Source of the DNA: Macrostomum lignano
Lineage: Eukaryota
Direction of reading: 5' to 3'
DNA: 64,000 nt
Assembly: GCA_002269645.1 (NCBI GenBank)
Contig: NIVC01000019.1
Location: 496,001-560,000, forward strand
In this document: piece by piece, positions 55,837-64,000 of the stretch
Position numbering within the stretch: position 1 is the first letter of the stretch
Layout of the letters: each line of letters begins with the position of its first letter
Program-made: the position numbers and the translations under genes
The notes under the pieces: generated by a model
The model's input: the letters and a program-made list of their open reading frames with translations, nothing else
What the model was told of the DNA's origin: nothing
Database searches by the model: none

Positions 55837-56624
55837 AAAGTTTTTACCATAGTTTAACCAGTATGTGAGGCAGTGAGAAATTTTTACATGAGTTCTACTT
55901 ACTGATGCAAAAATTTTAGATGTATGAATTTGGCATGTATTTTTATAATAGCACATTTTGCTTTTTGTTTGTTAAAATCTATTTCCACTGCTAAAAACTT
56001 GCTAATATAAAGAACCTTCATAATTTTTCTCCCATATACTAAAAATGAGTTGTTTGTCTCTGTGAGATAGATTTCAGAAAAATGGCTCAACCGATTTTCT
56101 TTAAACTTGCACCATTCGATCAGAAATTTTCCTGGGACGGTACATGCATCTTGGCTAAGAAATTGCTCAATGTTAAAGGGATTAAATATTCGAAAAACAT
56201 GCTTTTTTGCAAAGGTCAAGCTAAATTTTTGACTTGAAATGCATTGTAAGAATGCTAGAAAAAACACTGACTGACTGAAATTTGATTCTGATAAAGATTG
56301 CATCACAACAAGTTGAAAGCAGTGTCAAAGAAAAGCACACGACTTGATTGAAATTGCGTAACCATATTGCTAACTTAAATTGAGACTGATACTGGCTGAC
56401 TGAGAAATTGATTATGTCATAACTTTTTACTCTAACTGAATTGCTGTACTCGTAGGTATTAAATTATAAGGGCCACAATTCATGTTCTCCAATTGAAAAG
56501 AGATAGCCTGGATGCAAACAGACTTGGACTACTAATTTAGCGACCTGGGTTCGAATCTTAGTAGTGCAAAATATTTTTTATTAAAACACCTTAAACACAC
56601 ACAACTGCTAAACATAAAAGAAGC

Positions 56625-57010
56625 GCAATGTCAAACATAAAAGAGTCACCGTGTCAAACATAAAAGAGCCATCATGTCAAACATTAATGAGCCACAATGT
56701 CAAACATAAAAGAGCCACCATGTCAAACATTAAAGAGCCACCATATCAAACATTATTGAGCCACAATGTCAAACTAAAAGAGCCACCATGTCAAACATTA
56801 AAGAGCCACCATATCAAACATTATTGAGCCACAATGTCAAACATAAAAGAGCCACCATGTCAAATATAAAAGAGCCACCATGTCAAACAGAAAAGAGCCC
56901 CCATGTCAAACATTAAAGAGCCACCCTGTCAAAAATAAAAGAGTCACCATGTCAAACAGAAAAGAGCCACCATGTCAAACATAAAAGAGCCACCATGTGA
57001 AACATAAGAG
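56625..57010. repeat. ~23-bp minisatellite (ATGTCAAACATAAAAGAGCCACC)n
   Basis: Direct reading. Confidence 0.88.
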
Positions 57011-57224
57011 ACATCATTTCAAACATAAAAAGAAGCATCATGCCAAAAATATTGGAACCACTATAAAGCTAAAGAAATTGTTGCACTTAGCTACTTGTTG
57101 TCTGGTGGATGCTTGTGATTTACTGATAGATAATTGCTATCAGGGGGATGCTTGCTACTGGGGGTGGTGGGTACTTTCTATCTGAGAGGGGGTTGCTAGC
57201 TATCTATAAGGATTCTTTGTATTC

Positions 57225-57865
57225 AGGGTGCTTGCTATTGGGGGATGCTTGCTATCTGGGGGATGCTGTCTAAGGGATGCTTGCTGTCTGGGGGATGCTT
57301 GCTATCTGGGGATGCTTGCTATCTGGGGGATGCTTGCTATCTGGGGGATGCTTGCTATCTGGGGGATGCTTGCTATCTGGGGGATGCTTGCTATCTGGGG
57401 ATGCTTGCTGTCTGGGGGATGCTTGCTATCTGGGGGATGCTTGCTATCTGGGGGATGCTTGCTATCTGGGGATGCTTGCTATCTGGGGGATTCTTGCTAT
57501 CTGGGGGATGCTTGCTGTCTGGGGGATGCTTGCTATCTGGGGGATGCTTGCTATCTGGGGGATTCTTGCTATCTGGGGGATGCTTGCTGTCTGGGGGATG
57601 CTTGCATGTTGTCCGGGGATGCTTGTTATCTGTGGGATGCTTGCTGTCTAAGGGATGCTTGCTGTCTGGGGGATGCTTGCTATCTGGGGATGCTTGCTAT
57701 CTGGGAGATTCTTGCTATCTGGGGGATGCTTGCTGTCTGGGGGATGCTTGCTATCTAGAGGATTCTTGCTATCTAGGGGATGCTTGCTATCTGGGGGATG
57801 CTTGCATGCTGTCTGGGGATACTTGCATGTTGTCTGGGGATGCTTGCTATTAGGGGATGCTTGAT
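57225..57865. repeat. 19-20-bp minisatellite (GGGGATGCTTGCTATCTGG)n
   Basis: Direct reading. Confidence 0.92.
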
Positions 57866-59156
57866 ATTGGGGAGGCAAGAGGCTTTTTAGAGGAAATGTC
57901 TATTGACTTTATGAAGGCTTTATTTTGCTATCTTTTTGTTACTTGTAGAGAGCAGAGATTCTATCCAGATGTCCCCCATTAGAGGGCAAAGATTGCTAGT
58001 CTATATATCTAAATCATATTATACTAAAGTAGCATGTTTGATAAAAAATAAAATATAATAATTATTGTTTTTATTTGTCCTAATGTTTCTATAACTATTT
58101 AAATGTTCCCACAATGTCTCAAATGTCCATTTTATAGGTCAATTAAAAGCGCTTCTTTTAGGCACAAAAATTGGTATATAATTTTATACCAAATTTTAAA
58201 AGTTAAAAAACCAATGGACATACACAATAGCTTAGAAAGAGACATCCACTGTCACCTTCTAAACTATGGTAATAGTATGGTTTATATTGTTATTATTGAT
58301 TGTTCAAATATATAGATTGCTATAATAATAGACAAAGCAATGTTATCAATTGATCCCTATTTATATTGTAGTCAAGGGACAAGGGTCAAGTTGTACCAAG
58401 TAGCTCTTTAAATATGGTAGACTAAATGCAAAGTATACCCAAAAAAGCTGATGCTCCTTATCTTTGCCTAGACACTTGAGCCTTGAAAAATTAATATGTT
58501 AGCCAATTTTTTAATTGTATTAGATTATGATCTACAAAAATATCCCTTGGTATGATGGGCAACTAACTGGGTTTATCTCCTAGCCCTCTATAGTCTTGAT
58601 AATTCTGATGTTTTATATTTGCCTAAAGAAATACTAAATACAAAGCTAAACTACTACTAGAATTTTACATTTTTAAAGGAGTAGGCATAGGCCTAACTAT
58701 CTTATTAAAAATAAAAATATTAAGGTAATATAGAAACATATGAAAAGATTTTAATATCTAATTTAACTATTTATTAAACCAAATTGAAATATAGTTAAAA
58801 AACTGCAAAACCTAATCCTTAATGCAATGAGTATAGTTCTATAGGCTTAACATTGGCATTTCAGCATATTTATATTTTTTATAATATATAACATATGAAG
58901 TATTTTAAAACTGAACTAGGCCTGTTCATTGATAAGGCCTGATAAAGACTGTTAGAATGTAAAAACATATAGTTTTATGTTTTAGCGCTAAATATGGGTT
59001 TCAATCAGACTTCAAATCTGTATGCTTAGCTACTGTAGGCCTGTACTGTAGCTGAAGCTTGCTATATTAATGTCGCCTGTTTACATTTCCATTTGCAGTA
59101 TTGCTTCTTATAAAATTTAACATTTGAACTGAAAAAAACTTTCTAGATGGCAACGA

Positions 59157-62100
59157 TTATAACAGAGCCACGATGTACTCATTCAACCATTCTCGCCAGA
59201 ATTTGGTCAGCATCCGCCGCACTTTGCTCAGACGCTCTGGAAGAGGCAGGACTGTTTGGCTCTCCGGATTCGCTTCTGGTTCTTTTGTCAGGCGATGCAG
59301 AACAAGGAAATGACTCGGCGTGATCACTTCCGCGTGCGCTTCGGACAAGACGAACCCGAGTGGTCTTGAATTCACAACTGCCTCCACTTCGCACACAACT
59401 GTTGTTAACTCGTCCAGAGTGAGAAAGGCTTTGCAGACGGTCTTTTTCAAAGCTGACTTTACGACACCAACCAATCGCTCGTAGAATCCGCCCATCCATG
59501 GTGCTTTTTCTGGGATAAACGACCAGCAGATTCTTTTGGCGGCTAAAAACTCTTGACCTCCTGTGGTCTGAAGGGGCGCCGTGTGGGCGTCTAGTAGTCG
59601 CGCGGCTGCGTGGAAAGTCTTGAAGTTGTCCGAAATGATTGACGGAGTCCCGCGACGAGCACAGAAGCGACGAAGACTCTGCAGAAAAGATTGAGTAGTC
59701 AAATCTGTGGTCACTTCAAGATGGACCACTCGGGTGCCCATGCAGGCAAAGAGCAGGATGTAGGCTTTTTGACCATCTCCCTCCCCCCCCCCTGCGGTAG
59801 AGAAGCGGACCGCAGTAGTCCAGGCCAACATGCTGGAATGCTCTTAGCGACTCGATTCTTGACAGGGGTAACTGCGACTGCTGACCAACTTTGGTTGGTC
59901 AGCTGAGCAACCCCTGGAGCCGGATGCAGGTGTTGCAACGTCGTAGAGTAGATTTAACTTTCTGGCGAGCCTTCAGCAGCCAATACTTCTCGCGAATCTG
60001 CACCAACGTAGCTGCAACTCCCCCGTGAGCCACCTTCCTGTGAGCATGCTCAGTAAGTAGTTGCTGAAAGTTAACATCCGTAGGACATAAAATCGGTGAC
60101 TTCTGATCCGGCGCTATATCCGATTCACCCAGGCGTCCTGAGCAGCGAAGAACGTCGTCGCTGTCCAGATACAGGCGGAGATTCTGGATTAATGGTGGCT
60201 TCGCGGAGTTTTTAGTGATGCACTGTATCTCCGGACTGAAGGCTTTTGCCTGAAGAGAACAAATCCAGAGCTTCTCAGCGGAATGCAATTCGGCAGCAGT
60301 TAAGGTAGCCGACACGGCACGGTTGCGATTCCTCAGCGATGTGACGAAGCGGAGGACCCACGCTGTCACTTGGAGAAGTCTCTCTAAACTGCTGAACTTC
60401 GGCAAGTCTATCATTTCGTCTATCCGAATACGAGGTTTCGGAGGGTCGACGACTTCCACAGTCACACAATGAGTAGAGCTGTCATCCAGGCTAGACTTGT
60501 CAGAAAAGTTTGGCTGAACCAGCCATGTTGAAGAGTCGGACCACAGCCAATTAGGTCCACAAAACCAGCAGGAGCGATTGTCGAGCAATTCCGGAGTGAT
60601 GGGACGAGTCGCAATGTCAGCAGGATTTTCTTTCCCAGGGCAATGTCTCCAACTGTCCGGTGGAACCACTGACCGAATGAACAAAACGCGGTTCTGGATG
60701 AACATCTTCCAAGTTTTGTGTTCCAACTTTATCCACCACAACGCGTCCATGCTGTCACTCCAGCAGATTACGGCGGCATCAGGAAATTCTTTACGAACCT
60801 CAATGATCATGTGAGCCAGTTCTCTGGCTGCCATCAGTTCTAGTCGAGGGATGGTCATCTCAGCGATGGGAGCGACACGCGACTTGGCCATGAGTAGCGA
60901 CACCCTAACCTCACCAGACTCGAAAGTAGACCTCAGGTAGACGCAGGCTGCGTGCGCCACCTTGGAGGCGTCGCAGAAACCATGAATTTCGGAAGCGATT
61001 GGTGTTGATGTAGCAAGAGGGCTGTCGATGCAACAATTCCAGCCTTCCAACTCACTGAAACACTCGCGCCATTGACTCCTGAGCGGTTCCGGAAGTGGCA
61101 TGTCCCAGCCCAAGTTCAAGCGACAACTCTGCTGAAACAGCAATCGAGGACGTGTCAGAAGAGGACTGAGTAGACCCAAGGGGTCGAACGTCTTTGAGAA
61201 TGCCGACAATGTCGAGCGCTTTGTTAGTTCTGCATTCCGAATCTTTAGAGTAGGATTATCGTGGATTGAAAGCACGAAACTGTCCTCTTTCGGATCCCAA
61301 AGCATGCCCAGAACCTTGACCGTGGAAGAATTCGGAACACCAGTGCCATCCTTATCGGAAACTTTGTTTAGCTCTGCCGAATTGGATATCCATCCTCGGA
61401 TATCCATTGAAGCTTCTTCGAATACTTCTCTGGTCTCTGGTCAGATCAAAATCGCTGAGCCGGCCGAATCAGACCCAGTCACGAGGTTGTCCACGTACGT
61501 GTCCATCGTAAGCCGTTTAATGGTGTCCGGCGAAGCCTTTTGCGTGTTTCGAAAGTGATAGAGAAGCACTTCTTGGAGAATGGCCGGACTGCTCACCAAG
61601 CCGAACACGAGACGTACGTAGCGAAGTACACGAATCGTGGAATCTTTCTGATGAGGATGTGTGAGCCACAGGAAACGAAAAGCGTCGCGGTCTTTCTCCC
61701 GAATGACAACTTGCAGGAATGCTTTCTCAACATCGCTTATCATCGCGACAGGATGAGTCCTGAACCGAAGCAGCAAAGAAGCCACAGACGGCAAGCGGCA
61801 AGGACCCTGTTCCAATACGTCGTTCAACGAACAGCCGGCTGCAGACTTGGCGCTCGCATCAAAGACGATACGAAGTCGTGTCGTCGAACTGTGTCCTCTT
61901 TGACAATCGGCAAATGTGGCAGATATGTGGGATCACTGTCAGATGGCACTGGCTCTATGACGCCACTGTTCAGCTGTTCCTGCAGGATCCTGTCATATTC
62001 ATATCCATCCCTGAATGGCAGACCGATGGAGTATCTAACTTGCTCAAATTCCAGACTTGTAGGAAATGGACGCTTCGCCCTCACCGGATCTAGCTCACTG

Positions 62101-64000
62101 CTCGTGGAATCTGCCAGCATACCATCCATCAGGGATGCTCCGGAACAGTGCATCGCGCATGCGGACGAGGAAGCACAGTGTGTCAGCAATTCTTAATCTG
62201 CCAGTGACCAGATAGCCAAGTTTGCTCTTAACGGCGACTGGACCATTGCCGCTCACTGTTCTAACGATGTCGCCGTCCACCAAATCATAGTATCAATCGG
62301 CACCAATCAAGATAGATATCGGCTCATTAGCATCGTGAGGGTCAAATGGATCCGCCAGATCAAGACGCTGAAGTTCTGGATGAGCGTCGCACATCGCCGA
62401 TGCCTGAGGTTCGCAGATCCGAGGAGTCGTGTAGCCTCTCAGAGTCACATATAATCTTCGTCCAGAGAGTTGGCTTTGCGAATGCTAAATCTGACGATGC
62501 TTGATGTGAATTCAGTGCTGCTGGATCCAAATGTGTTGACCCGCAAAACTTCCTTTGCCTCAACTGCAAGGTCCAGCTGCCGACTCAAGTCTTGTCTGAT
62601 ATAAGTTTTATTGCTGGCGGTGTCAAAGAGCGCACGGACCAGTTTTTGCCACCGAACTGATGATGAGACTATTAGCAGTCGGCATGATCACGGCAGGATT
62701 GGAGTGCACGACAAGGGATTGGCTCTCAGAGATTGTCTTGTCCTCGCATGGTATGGTCACGGTTGTTGTGCTACTGCAGTTCGGTGGAGTTACTATCTTC
62801 TGCTGGTCTACGTGCACAGCTCCAACTTTCGTCATCGCAGGATGCGCTTCGCCAGGATGGGAAGTCAGGCAGACGCTCGGGTGATGCATTTTACCGCAAT
62901 GGCGACAAGCTCTCTTCGATCGACACTGACTGGAAGGATGGTTCGGTCGTAGGCAGCAAAAGCAGCGTCTCTCCTTTTTCAGAATTTCTATCCTCTCCTT
63001 TGCTGTGGAAACAACCGTGCAGGAATCGGAATAGTGACCCCGACGAGAGTAAGTGCACGACACGGAATTTTGCGCTGAATCCGATTGCTGACTGCCTGCT
63101 GCTTTGTTCTGCTCCTTTGACGCCGGATGATGCGTGACGAACGATGAGGGATGCGAATCTTAGTCGCATGAAAACTTCTGAGTAGGTCCTGCTACAGAAC
63201 TACGTATCTCTGGCGTGTGTCGGCTCTGGTCGCCTGATCTGCAGCTGAGCCCAGGGCACATCGATCACGGAGTTTAATTTCGTCGTCGAGTGCATCTAAG
63301 AAGTTTTCCAGATTTGACGGTTTTCTACAAGTTCTAGTCAGAATTGGGCGTATGACGTCAGCGCGAATTGATCCGGGCAGCGTAGCTTCCAAATTCGGCA
63401 GAAGTAGCACTTCGTAGTTGTTTGTAGCCACTCCTAGAGTTTCTAGGGCTCGGACGCTGGATCTCACGACGTCTAAGAATGAGCGTAGAGCTACAGTGGA
63501 ATCGGACGCGCATCGGACTGTCTTGAGCCTCTTCATAAAGTGTTGAATGAGGTTATCTGGAGACCCGTACCTGTCTTCCAGCAACTCCCAGGCGTTGTGG
63601 TAGTCACCCGTCGTAAGTTTAAAGTTCTCGATGCATCGTCGTGCTTCACCCTTTAGACAGCTCTAAAGATATGAAAATTTTTCGGCATCTGACAGATGCA
63701 AATTCTGGAGGATTGATGAGTTGAACTGCGAACTAAAGTTGGGCCACTGAGTTGGATCGCTCCCGTCAAAAATAAGGCAGACTCATCTTCGGCAGCTTCA
63801 CATTGCACTGCGGCTTGCGATCAGCCGTCTCCGGCATCACTTTGGAACCGACAGCTGACGCTGGGCTTCCTGAACCAATTGAAGATGGGGCAGCCACCGG
63901 TTTAAATATTTTCTCCCGAATCCGCTCTAGACCTGCAGCCGCTCTTTCTAATTGGAGCATATACTCGTCACATTTTCCGTCTCTTCCTGCAGCTGGTCCG
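59157..64000 (-). mobile_element. BEL/Pao LTR retrotransposon, decayed gag-pol; 3'-truncated and running off the window
   Basis: Gag VKLPKMSLPYF..LEDRYG; CCHC knuckles (HYSDSC, CFCCLRPNH..C, CRHCGKMHH..C); protease ALFDTAS; RT SDVEKAF..VFG..SSP..YVDN; RNase H HGFCDASKVAHAAC..AKSRVAP..TIPRLEL; integrase H..VAHGG..CNTC, VHLE, SDNFKTF, GGFYER. Many frameshifts. Confidence 0.95.

Overview
Eukaryotic (animal) genomic DNA, not prokaryotic. It has GC-rich, CAG/polyQ-laden exons, GT-AG introns filled with micro/minisatellites, and AT-rich spacers. This style is most reminiscent of the flatworm Macrostomum (inference from style only). Recognisable host genes are the 3' part of INTS14, a 3-finger C2H2/polyQ protein, NECAP, cytosolic methionyl-tRNA synthetase (MARS1) and CLYBL. 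Mobile DNA includes a 5'-truncated RNase-H LINE, an RTE LINE with a 5' inversion, two Mutator-like TIR elements, tRNA-derived SINEs, hAT-like MITE ends, a Gypsy protease remnant and a decayed BEL/Pao retrotransposon. The most unusual region is 8.9-17.9 kb. There a cassette of CCAAT+TATA promoter, orphan low-complexity gene and compact intronless dUTPase sits as a ~1.9-kb inverted duplication around a second orphan ORF, with further degenerate paralogs of all three genes. The second notable signal is a CLYBL intron made of 18 tandem copies of its own 3' splice junction. Single-base frameshifts may partly be assembly indels. No database searches were run.
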